This document shows, piece after piece, positions 19,946-30,560 of a stretch of DNA of 64,000 bases. Positions within the stretch are counted from its first letter, which is position 1; every line of letters starts with the position of its first letter. The stretch is from NCBI RefSeq assembly GCF_036321535.1, contig NC_087436.1, positions 15,624,001 to 15,688,000 on the forward strand, written 5' to 3'. The position numbers and the translations under genes were made by a program. This stretch comes from Camelus dromedarius (taxonomy: Eukaryota). The notes under the pieces were generated by a model. That model ran no database searches and was not told where the DNA came from. It saw only the letters and a list, made by a program, of their open reading frames with translations.

Positions 19946-20108
19946 TTTAAATTTATTTATTTTAATTTTTTTGGTGGGGGAGGGAGGTAATTAGGTTCAT
20001 TTATTTATTTATTTTAGAAGAGGTATTTTAGAAGAGGTACTGGGGACTGAACCCAGGACCTCATGCATGCTAAGCATGTGCTCTACCACTTGAGCTATAG
20101 CCTCCCCC
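19946..20108 (-). mobile_element. tRNA-derived SINE (camelid Vic-1-like)
   Basis: (-) GGGGGAGGCTATAGCTCAAGTGGTAGAGC...GGTTCAGTCCCCAGTACCTC with pol III A/B boxes and AT-rich tail; imperfect TSD TTAGCTT(T/A)TTTC. Confidence 0.85.
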
Positions 20109-21396
20109 TGAGTTTAGCTTATTTCTAAAACACATAAGGCATGTATCTGCTGACATTTTGGGGGTCCTTTCTACAGAAAGTGATCTCATTCCATCTCACC
20201 CTTTATGTATATGTTTTACTTGTTAAGTTTCAGTTTTAGAGGATTCTGGTGGGCAAATTGTGGGACAGTGCTGTGTAGTGGAATTAGTTCCCATTCCCCC
20301 AATACCAAAAGTTAGTTAGTTAATTGGTTGATTAGTTTTCCAGGGCTGCTATATTAAGAAGTGTAAGATCATCCATCAGGTCTGTGAAACAAGCAAACTT
20401 ATGTCTTGAGCTGAGAGTATATCAAATAACTTGTAAGGTACCTTCCAACTATTTTATTTTATGATTCTAAAACCTGCTTTTGTCTCTTTGTTGGATTTCT
20501 TGGCTTTGGTATCTAGATCCATCCTCTTTGTTCATACTCTTTTATCATTTTTCACTTAGCATCTCACATGTTTAATGGGTTTATCTTTTCTTTTTTGCTT
20601 GCAATTCTGTACTGTTGTCATCTAAAAAAAAATTCTCAGGAGACCTTGTTAACATGAACCTTATTCCTTTGAGAATAAATTGTAATCGTTCTTTGAATCC
20701 CGCTTATACTTTGTATAATTTTTGCATTTGGGGAATTAATTTTTTTCAAAGTTCTTATTACTATTTTCTTCATATGTATGGAAAGCTTTTTAATGGTCCA
20801 GATTTAATTTACTTATTTTTATGTAATTATTTTATCTTTGCAGTTATTAATGAAAAATTTCATTTTCAAACAATGATTTTATTGGTATTTAATGAAATTT
20901 GAGCAAAAGATACTCAATTTGTTGTTGTTCATTCCGCCTTCTTGCCAAAACTCCTTCTAATCATTTTCACTGTTATTTGTCAAGCAATACAGAGCATCTT
21001 GCATTATTTTAATCAGTATCTTATGAAATCCATAAATTAACTCAGTGCTGGCCAGTGTCGGATCCCATGTTCTTAACTCCTCTTTATATACCGCAGGCTC
21101 AGAAAAAGGATGGGATAAATCAGCCATGCATATGAGACATGTTCCTAGATTCCTCTCTGGTCACAGGATATTGCAAATTGGAAATCTCTCTAATAAACAC
21201 CTTCCCTAACCCCAGTACACCTATGAGCACAACCATGAAGTGCTCTCAGTGGGTGGGATGAATAGGAGACTCAGAAGGTTTTCTCCCCCAATACCTCTGC
21301 TTAAACTCCCCCATGCCTCTGCTTAATCCATGACTGCTAAACACAGTCAGTTTTAGCCTCCCAGCTCCTCAATCCAGACCCTTCCCATATTCCACT

Positions 21397-21842
21397 TATA
21401 GAAGGCAGGCTTTAGGATGTCCCCAGTGATTCTTGCCTCCTGATATTCACAGCCTGTCAACTTACTTCTAAAGAACAGAATACAGCGGAAGGAATGAGAT
21501 GTCTGTTTGAGATTAATCTGGTTATAAAAAGACTATAGTTTCCATTTGGGGTGTTCTCTCTCACTGTATCGTGAATCACTCACTCTGGGTGAAGCCAGCT
21601 GCCCTGAGGCAGCCCTGCAGAGAGGCCTGTGTGAGGGAGCTTGAAGCAGATCTTTTTCTCATTGAGCTTTAAGATGACTGTGGTTCACAGCAGCAGCTTC
21701 TTGAAAGACCCTGGGCCGGAACTGCCTGGCTAAGCCCTCCCTGATTACTGACCCACAGACACTGAGCAAGAGTGTGTGTCTGTTGTTTTCAGCTGTTAAG
21801 TTTTGGGGTGATTTGTTATACAGCAGTAGATAACTAACACAC
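21397..21842 (+). mobile_element. MLT1 (E/F-like) MaLR solo LTR
   Basis: gattactgacccacagacactg...gttgttttcagctgttaagttttggggtgatttgttatacagcagtagataactaacaca. Confidence 0.8.
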
Positions 21843-22151
21843 TGCCCTAGGCTCCTCTTGTCTGATGTGCTTCAACTAAAACCTTCTAATCTTCTGAGTC
21901 CCTGCGTTTTCTTTAGAACCTAGTCTAGTCCCAGATTGGATGGTTTTCATCTTGAATTCAGTCAAGGGCAAACTAATGACTCTCTCTGGACCCTAGCTGC
22001 TGCTGCTTTAGAATGTGAGGGGTTGATTGGGTCAGGTGATTTCCAGATACCTTTCAAGCCTGAAGTTCTTTGCTTCTGTATTTCCCCAAGTCCTGACTCC
22101 CGTTTCATCAAAAGAATGAATATGAGAAATAATAGTTAGAATCAACCAAAC

Positions 22152-22157
22152 TTTATT
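22152..22157 (-). terminator. Candidate polyadenylation signal for the PRSS48-like paralogue
   Basis: TTTATT on the + strand about 200 nt past its TAA. Confidence 0.5.
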
Positions 22158-24147
22158 CACACCAGGGACCTTACTCTCCACGTTGACCTGCAGGAGAAAA
22201 GGCAACAAGCAGATTCGGCTCCTGGAGGCTGTGCCTAGAGGTAGCAGAACTGCATCTGTCTTGCTGAATCTTCACAATCTCCCTTCAAAATCCTCAGCTT
22301 CTAGAATTTCCCTCATTCTTAGTTGCCACTTCACCCTGGCCATACTGACCTTAGCCAGTTAGCACAGCCCCAGGAAAATGAGAGGCAGAAGCATAACAGG
22401 GACAAGCCCGGAGAAGTCCAGATGTGGGGTAGCAGAAAGGTCAGAATGTGAGATGGCTGACTTCTCAACCCAGGATTTGTAGAAACTGATGTTTGTATAC
22501 ACTCCAGGCTCATTGGTTCTGATGCAGTATGATCCCCAACTCACCACACCTGCAAGGACGCAGAAATCCTCCACTTTACACATCAGGGGATCTCCTCTCC
22601 TTCCCTGGGGGAGAGAGGAAAGATGGCTGGACCATGCATGGGGCAAAGGGAGAGACTCCAATAGTTTAGGCAAGAACTGTGGAGTTAGGACCACTCCTGG
22701 GTTCTCTGAAGCTGTGAGACCTGGAGGAAGCACACTGGGGAAGGGAAGGGCTCTGAAAGGTGCCTGTAGGATGGATTCTTAGTATACACCGATCCATCTG
22801 CCCCATTGGGAGCCTAGCAGATCATGGCTTCACTGATGGGTTTGACTCCATGCAACAAGCTTTCTTTCTGATAATAATTACTGTATGTCTGGAGATCAAG
22901 GAGGGGCACTTTTAGCTCCTTCAGGGTATAAGATGGTTTCATAGCTGTAAGGTCAAAAAGAGTCAAAGCTGTCTTTAAAAATTAGGAAGCCATTTTTAGC
23001 TACAGATGCAGATTTCATGCCTTTGTTTTTCAGGGATAGCTCTAATTTCAGATATTCTGCTCCTATGATAGACAGCATTCTTATTACTAGTTTGGCAAAT
23101 AGTCTAAAGGCTGAGTTCCCTGAGTCTGAACAAGACTGAGGGCAGTTGCTCCTGTTCAGAAACCACAATAACAGAAGAATCTTTTGACTCAGGAAAATCT
23201 AAATAATGAAACATAAAGGGTTAAGTTGTTTGGCTTTGGAACATATTTTTGTGTGCCATAGAACATAAAAAGTTGGATCTGATATACTGAGAAGAGTCAA
23301 GTCTGTTGATACATGAAGCCCTGCTCTCCTAGTCTGACTCAGGACCTGCTGAGCGGTCTCTTTCCTGGATCCGTCTACACATCTGCTTCTGTTCACCTAC
23401 TCACATGCTCTATCCCAGTGTGGAGGAAGGACTGTGAACTCGCCTCTCTCTCAGTGCATTAAGCTGTCCTTTTCACTTTTAATGTCTTAGTAGTATTGCA
23501 AAATAAGAGTAAAAGCAGATATAAATAAGCAAAGATCATAGCAGAAGTATGAAGGAGGCAAAGGGAGGCTGCAGGGTCAAGGAGAACCATGTCTGGTGCT
23601 TGGGGTGGGATGGAGAGTAGAGGGTGGGAATGTCAGTAGAGGAAGCTCAGAAAAATCTACTTATCCTCACAGTGGGATACCCCAGCATTGCCCTGTCCAG
23701 TCACCCAGCACGAGTTCTTCAGCTGGACAGCAGATGACAGGAGGCAGATGGGCAAGACAACAGGGCTGAAAGAAACTGGAGAGGCCAGTTCCACCACAGT
23801 GATTGCACTCCATGTGTTTCCCGGGAAGTCAGGGTAGGGAATAATCCTGGACACAGGGATGATCGTTGTTTTGGAGGCTTGGTGACCAAAGATCTGGAGC
23901 GGCCCCACCAACACATTGTATTTTCTGGTATCCTTGGACCTGAGAAGAAGAGGAGCAGAACAGGTACCTTGGGTTTCTTGTGGCTCTGCCATGGAGTGTC
24001 ACAGCGGAGCCCATGGTTCTGGAGGAGGCATTTCTCTTCTAGCTCTTCCTAAGCACTTGTTCCTCCTGTAAGTCCTGAGCATCTCCTGACAATATAAATG
24101 AGACTCAGACATGATCTGGCCCTCATAGGGTGTCTGGTCTTAAGAAC

Positions 24148-24150
<3 letters not shown>

Positions 24151-24183
<33 letters not shown>

Positions 24184-24194
24184 TGTGAGTGTGT
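24151..24194. repeat. (GT)n microsatellite
   Basis: Seen directly. Confidence 0.95.
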
Positions 24195-24239
24195 GACAGA
24201 CAGACAGACAGGGAGGAAGGGAGAGACAACACACAAGTC

Positions 24240-25030
24240 AACAAGTAAAAAGTTTTAAATTGTGATGAATTTTATGAAGAAAACAAACAGGATTTTAAAG
24301 TAGAGAGTAAAAGATTGGAGGAGAACCTATAAATTGGTGATCAGGGAAAGTTTCATTGAAGAGGTATCTTTTCAACTGAGTCCCACAAGGTAGGAGTCAG
24401 CTATGAGAAGAGCTATAAGGAAAAGCATTGCAGAAGGAATAGCATATGCAAAGGCACTGAGGATAAGAAAGAGCTTTCTAGGAGTTAAATAAACCTGGAG
24501 TAGAATGGCATGATGTTGGAAAAATGAGCAGATATTTGTCAGCTTGTGGCTTACAGGTTTTTATTCTAGGTGCCTCAGCAGCAACTGGAGGATTTGAAGG
24601 CAGGAATGACATGATCTTACCTCTGACTTTGTTGTGTGTGTGAAGGTATTGCAGTGGTCCAGGACAGTTATGCTAGAGTCAATATATATTTTGGAAGTAA
24701 AACCAAAGAATTGGTGTGTGCAGTGCATATGGATGGTGAGAGAAAGTGAGGCTTCATATTTCTGGCTTGAGCAACTGGTTATGTTATTGAGTGAGATGGG
24801 AAGAGAGGAAGAGAATTAGGCTTGGGGATATTGGTGGTGGTAAAATTGTAGTTCTCTTTTGACCACGTTATCTTTGAGATACCAGTGAAACATCCAAATG
24901 GAAATGCGTCAGAACTAGAGTTTGGGACTAGTGATGTAAATGTGGACGTTATCAGCATATATATGATGTTTTAAATCATGAGAATGGATGAGGCCACCCA
25001 GGGAAAGGGAGGAGGGCTCAGGACTGTGTA
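24240..25030 (-). mobile_element. L2 remnant in an intron of the paralogue
   Basis: gaatagcatatgcaaaggcactgagg...tttgagataccagtgaaacatccaaatggaaatg. Confidence 0.7.
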
Positions 25031-25214
25031 TCTGGAGTGATACGAAGATGTGGGCATGCTGTAAAGGGAGCGGCCCTCCCTGAGGAATGTCTCCTTGCAT
25101 AGAGACTTCTTTTAGGCACTCATCTCAATCAAGATGACTGTCAAATATGAAGCTACCTGAAGTCTAAAAGTAGTTGAACTGAGAATCGGGCAGGAAACAT
25201 TTGGACCCTCTTCT

Positions 25215-25381
25215 TTTTTTGTTGTTGTTCTGTTTCATTTTGTTTTGGGAGGGAGGTGGTTAGGTTTGTTTGTTTGTTTGTTTGTTTGTTTGTTTGTTTT
25301 TAGGGGAGGTACTAGGGATTGAACCCAGGACCTTGTGTATGCTAAGCATGCATTCTAGAGCTTGAGGTACACCCTCTCCGC
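25215..25381 (-). mobile_element. tRNA-derived SINE (Vic-1-like) with an expanded (TTTG)n tract
   Basis: Same family as 19946; TSD TTGGACCC(T/A)CTTCT at 25201-25214 and 25382-25395. Confidence 0.85.
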
Positions 25382-26035
25382 TTGGACCCACTTCTAAGTC
25401 ACAGCATACTTATCTGGCACTGCAAGATAAACTCTCTGACCTAGCCTAGGGGCTCAGGTCACCTGAGGCCCATGATGGGTCTCCCCCAAGCAAGGCCAGC
25501 ACTCACCGGAAGCAGCTTGCGGTGGTCAACACCCACCGCTGTGAGATGAGGCTGGTCGCACAGATGTGAAACGAGCCCTTGCGGATGCTGACCTGCCAGG
25601 GCCACTGTCCCACGTTGGCCTCCATGCCTGAGGCAATGCCAGGTAAGACCGTGGGCCGCCCACAGACTGCCAGCAAAGAGGAGGAAGGCGTGGGAGACCT
25701 GCCCCAGAGACCTGTGCCCTGCCCCCTCCCTGCCCACTTTCTGCACTGGTGTCCTCTCAGCTCTTCTCCTTGGCGCCAGTTCCCTTCCTTTGGTCCACCC
25801 AGGGATGCTGGCCCTGGGTGGGGCGCCTTACTTGACTCACGAGATTCTCTGGTTCCTCCTCATCTGTGCCTAGGGAGAGGAAAGGGAGATTGTGGGTGAT
25901 ACCATGACGGTTCTTATTCCAAGGCGGCCCCCCCCCCAGGCCCCATGCAGCGCCCCCAGGGCTCCTGAGCTCCAAGAGCTCACCTGAGATCCCCAACAGA
26001 AGGGGCAGCAGGAAGACACAGCCAGCAGGGCCCAT

Positions 26036-26400
26036 GGTTCTGTCCTCAGAGTCAGCACCTCCTGCTCTCTGGACTCAGGCTTTCAGGGAAAGGCTGGCTG
26101 GAGAGCAGCCTGAGAAGAGGGGCGGGACAGCGTCTCCTTCTAGATGGGTTCCTCAGCTCCACCCACTCCTCTCCTCTGGTCCTCACCCTGGCCAGACCGG
26201 ATACCGAAGGGTGCAGCTGCAGGACCCAAGGGGAGGAGCTAGGGCCTGAGGCGCCCCCTGCTGCCCAGGCAGAGCACGGTGCCTGGGGTTCCTGCTGAGG
26301 GTGGAGGAGGAGCGGGGCGCGGGGGTGGGGGAAGAGGGGCAGGGGGTGGGGAAAGAGGGGCGGTTGGGGGTGGGCCCTGGAAGGAGCAGGGCTCTCTCAG
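26036..26400 (-). promoter_or_regulatory. GC-rich 5'UTR/promoter of the paralogue with GC boxes and a strong CTCF-like motif (26250-26265)
   Basis: (-)GGCAGCAGGGGGCGCC; GGGGCGGGA near 26119-26127; homologous to 12174-12450; the most CpG/GC-rich part of the window. Confidence 0.6.
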
Positions 26401-28389
26401 TGCACTGTGACCCTGGCGTCGGGTGGGGGCAGGCTCCTAGAACCTCCCTCTGCCCTATCTGCCACATCTCAGGGGCCTATCCTAGTTGATCCCGTCTACT
26501 TCTTCACTGGCCGTGGGTGAACCAGTCAGGGCAGGTCCCTGAGCTTGGATCCCCAAGGGCCGTGCAGAGGGCTGCCCCAAGTCCTTGGCCTCTAGAACAG
26601 CTACAGGACTGACAAGATAAAAAAGAGGAAGGAAGCCAGCCAGTTAGCTGACCAATATGTTCTGCTTTCTTGCTTTCCCTTTTTTGCTTTAATCTCCACC
26701 TGTTATAATTTGTTCTTTGCCTTCCTAAGTCAGCACATACTTACTGGATCATTATTGTGTACAAGGTATTGTGCTAAACGTGGAGCAAGATCTATAAAGG
26801 AGCATGAATCATGAGGCGAGAGGGGTGCCTTCCTCCGAGGAGTTGACAGTCTAGCCTGAGAGAGGCAGAGGGAGGAAGGAACTCCCTCCGGAGGTGTTGA
26901 CTTGTAATTGGTATCGTGGTCCTTAAAACAGGAGGGTTGGGTGGCTCTGAAAGCCGAATGTGGAGCCCTAGGTGCCGGCCCAGGATGTGGAGCCTCATTC
27001 CTGGCACCCCTACAGACTAGCTTTGAGAACTTTTTAAGTTAGATGAGGCACATAACCTAAATGCTGAGCAAACGTTGTTGCTATTTTAAAAAACATGGCA
27101 GTGATGAAATAGTTCTGGAGACTCTTTAATGTTCCGTGCCTGTTGCTTGGCACAGGCGGACATCATGGGTACAATAAAAATGAACAGGATTAGGCCTGTA
27201 GAAATAAAGGGGAGATTATATACCCAGAAATCGAGAATGGGATTATTATAATTATTCAAATCAAGAATTAATTTAACTTAAAGCTTTCAAGAGACCACGG
27301 CACCAAAAAAGAAAAAAAGGAAGGAAGATGAGCTGCATACATAGCTCACGTCTTCTGATCATAAGAACCATATGCTTTTGTCAGGAGAGAACTTTTTTCC
27401 CCTTGGCAGTTAATTCAATGAGTTTGTTACAATACTGTAAAAAGCACATTACTTAACATAATAAGTGGTTTTATAGAGGACTTAGCAACATTTCTTGCTT
27501 TTTATATTATCTCTCACTAAATGGTGATACCATCATTTTAAATCATGATTAAGTCATTTCTGTGAAGAACTAAACTAACTTAAAAGAAGTATTTGTATTT
27601 CTTGTTATGTAACTTGAAATAAAAGTAGAATTTACAGAAAATACCTCTTTTCTCTCTTAAATACCACTCTTTCCATCTGTGCTTCGGTGGGGTCTACATT
27701 CTCTGGATGCCCTTTGGACTGTCTTGACATTTTGACATTTTATGTCCTGATGAAGGAGACTGGCTTGTCTTGCCGCCTCTATGAGACCCCATCTCACCTT
27801 TGTCTGGTTATTGGCTGTAAGACAGACAATTCCAGAGCCAAATAAAAGTACCAAAGATCTCAAGATATCAAGACTCTTCTCTCCCTATTTAGAAGAGAAT
27901 GGATAAGGTCTCAGAATAGAAAACAAAGATAATTATACCCATAAGGCCCAAAAGTTAGATACTAGTATTAAGATACTAATGTGTATAATTAATAATGTAG
28001 ACAATTACAAACTCTACACAGGGAATGACAGTTTAAAATTTGTTATAATTCAAGTTGTTTTTTAGTTTACAAAGAGAATAAACCAGGGTCTATAAATGTT
28101 AAATTGATTCTAAACAGTTCAAAGTGACCAGTTAGAGAAGCTTGACAGTATAACATTTTCATCCACACGGTGACTCTGTGAGGGAAGCATGTTTTTATTT
28201 CTATTTTATTAGTGAAGAAACTGAGGACCTTGGAGGTTAAATAACTAGTTGGATCATACTGTTCACTAGCAAAGCTAGGGGTTGCTTCTATTTCCCAGTC
28301 TAGTAATCAGATTTAAATTTAGATTTTCTGATTTGTTGTCTAGTAATCTTTGCCTCCATGCTCCAGCAGCCTCCCAAGTCCAGGAGACA

Positions 28390-30560
28390 TCACTCATTTA
28401 TTCAGCAATCCTATTTTCAGTGCCCATGCCAGGCACTGTTCTAACAGAGGAGTGACATCATCAGGAAGTTTATATTCTAGTTTTAGGTCAGATCATGACT
28501 AGTTCTTTGGAGAAGAATAAAACAGGACAGGGATGCTGGGGTCGGGCATAACTTTTAAATAGAATGGTCAGGGAAGGCATCACTATGGGGGTTTCTGAGC
28601 AGATATCTGAGGAAAGAGACGCAATGAGTCAGGTGGTTAACTGAGGGAAAAGGGTTGAAGCACAGAGGATAGCTTACAAAGTCCCTGAGAGGAGTGTGTT
28701 TGGGACATTTAAGAAACACAGAAACTAGAGCAGAGTGGGAAAGGGGCTCCAGCCATTGGAAATGAGGTCAGGCAGGGAACGGGCCCTCGTAGGCTATTTT
28801 GAAGTCTTTGGTTTCTATTCTTAGTAGAATGGCAAGATTTTGATCTGACTTTAAAAGTTTTAAAGGATCCCACTGGCTATGGGTTGAGAATGGTCAGGGA
28901 GAGATTAGTCAGAAAACTATTATAATAATTTGGGTAGGAGGTGATGGTGGCTTTGGACCAAGGCCATGGAGATAGAAGTGGTAAGAAGTGGCAGGTTCTG
29001 GTTGCATTTTGAAGGCAGAGCCAGTGGTACCTGCTGATGAATTGGTTGTGGGTAGGAGTCAAAAGTGACTCTAAGATTTCTGGCCTGAGCCACCGAAAGT
29101 GTATCCATTTACTGAGATGGGGCACATGGTAGGAGGAGCAGGTTTTTGAGGTAGATAAGAAGTTCATTCACGGGCATTCTAAGTTTAAGATACCCGATAA
29201 ATGTCCAACTGGAGGTGTCCATGAGGCAGTTGAATATATAATTCTGGAATCAGGAGATTGCCACAAACTGAAGGGCTAGATCAGGGTGTTGTCAGAATGT
29301 CATAGTATTCAAAGCCAAGAGATGAGATAAGGTTCCCTAGGGAGTGAGCATAAATAAAACCTTCTGCGAGTTTTAAGGATTTATCACATAAAAGTTTAGA
29401 TGAGATAAGCAAAAACCAATGAGAGACCGAGAAGATGTCAGTGAGCAAAGCAGAGAATTGTAATATTCTGGAAGCCAGTTGGAGAAAGTGTTTCAAGGAG
29501 GAAGAAGTGATTGGCTGCCAAATGCTGCAAACGATGAAGAGCTGACCATAGGATTCAGCATCACAGAATGGAGTCAAGAGGAAGAGAAGAGCAATTGTAG
29601 ACAACAAATGTAGGCAATTTTTAAGAGTAGCTTTGCTGTTAAAGGAAGCAGAGAAACAGCTGGCGGAAGAGCCTGGGTGGTGCAGAGTTTTTAGTTTTTG
29701 TTGTTTTGTTTTAAGATGAGGGAGGTTACATCATGTTTGTGTGCTGATGGGATTACCCAGAAAGGAGGGAGAAATTGGTGATATGGGAGAGAAAGTGGGA
29801 GAAGTGCTGAAGTGGTGTCCTTGACAGACAGGAGGGGCCTGACCCCAACTCACTAGTTGGGGATGAGGATCCTTAGATTGGAGCACAGACAGGCCTTTCC
29901 TACAAGGGTGAAAGCAAGTATGTGGGCACAGATGCCAGTTAGTGGGAGGTGTGGTGATGGAAGTTCTCTGCTGATGGTTTTCATTTCCTCAGTGAACTAG
30001 GTAAGAAGTCATCTATTAAGTATGGGAAGGGAAGTGTTGAGGACTTAAGAAGAAGGAATGAACTAAGTGTGGGAGATGAATGGCCCAGAGAAATAATAGT
30101 GTGACTGCTGGGCACAGAAGGTATCCACTTGATTTTAAGTGAAATTGGCATAGTTGTGTGTTCACAAGCAGTGTTAAACAACATGGTGGAGGCACAGAGA
30201 GGGTAGAAAGTGGCCTGTAACCACGTTGAGGATTTCTGAGGTGTGCATAATGAAGGGGGAGGGGGCAAGGGACTGATTATAATGATAAATCATGGACTTA
30301 ACCTGGAAAGGAAGGAATGGGGCGGGGATTGTAGAGAGTAAAGCAAGGTAAAAATCAGTGAATTATAAATCCTAATGGGGTTGAAAAATATTGGAATTGG
30401 CATTCTTGCTAGAAGGAGTGTATGAGAGATATTTGTGCTGGGAAGGTGAGGTGCTTAAAAGTGAGATCATGGAGAGGGTGCAGTTATTGGTGATCCCAAG
30501 GCTAGGGAGGTCCACAGAAGTAGCACCTGAGGCCGAGGGAGGATCATTTAGTCCTGAAAG
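28390..30560 (-). mobile_element. Long L2 LINE remnant
   Basis: Purine-rich antisense L2 body (ttttgaaggcagagcca...aaagtgactctaagatttctggcctgagc...). Confidence 0.8.

Larger units (their letters stand above)
22359..26035 (-). pseudogene. PRSS48-like non-catalytic serine protease paralogue, disrupted. Exons (-): 25984-26035, 25841-25869, 25507-25666, 23671-23939, 22783-22944, 22359-22604
   Basis: Same exon layout as PRSS48. MGPAGCVFLLPLLLGIS / VCGRP...WPWQVS...HICATSLISQRWVLTTASC / ...SAITVVEL...LPICL...CWVTGQG / TLKELKVPLL...MIC* / GRRGDPLMC...GVVSWG...PGVYTNI. In-frame TAG at 22816-22814, donor reads CT instead of GT at 22782, and the mini-exon is 29 nt. Confidence 0.88.

Noticed and set aside
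20035..20108. tRNA-like sequence with A and B boxes (also 25310-25380 and 53275-53348)
   Set aside because: These are SINE heads with AT-rich tails and TSDs, not tRNA genes
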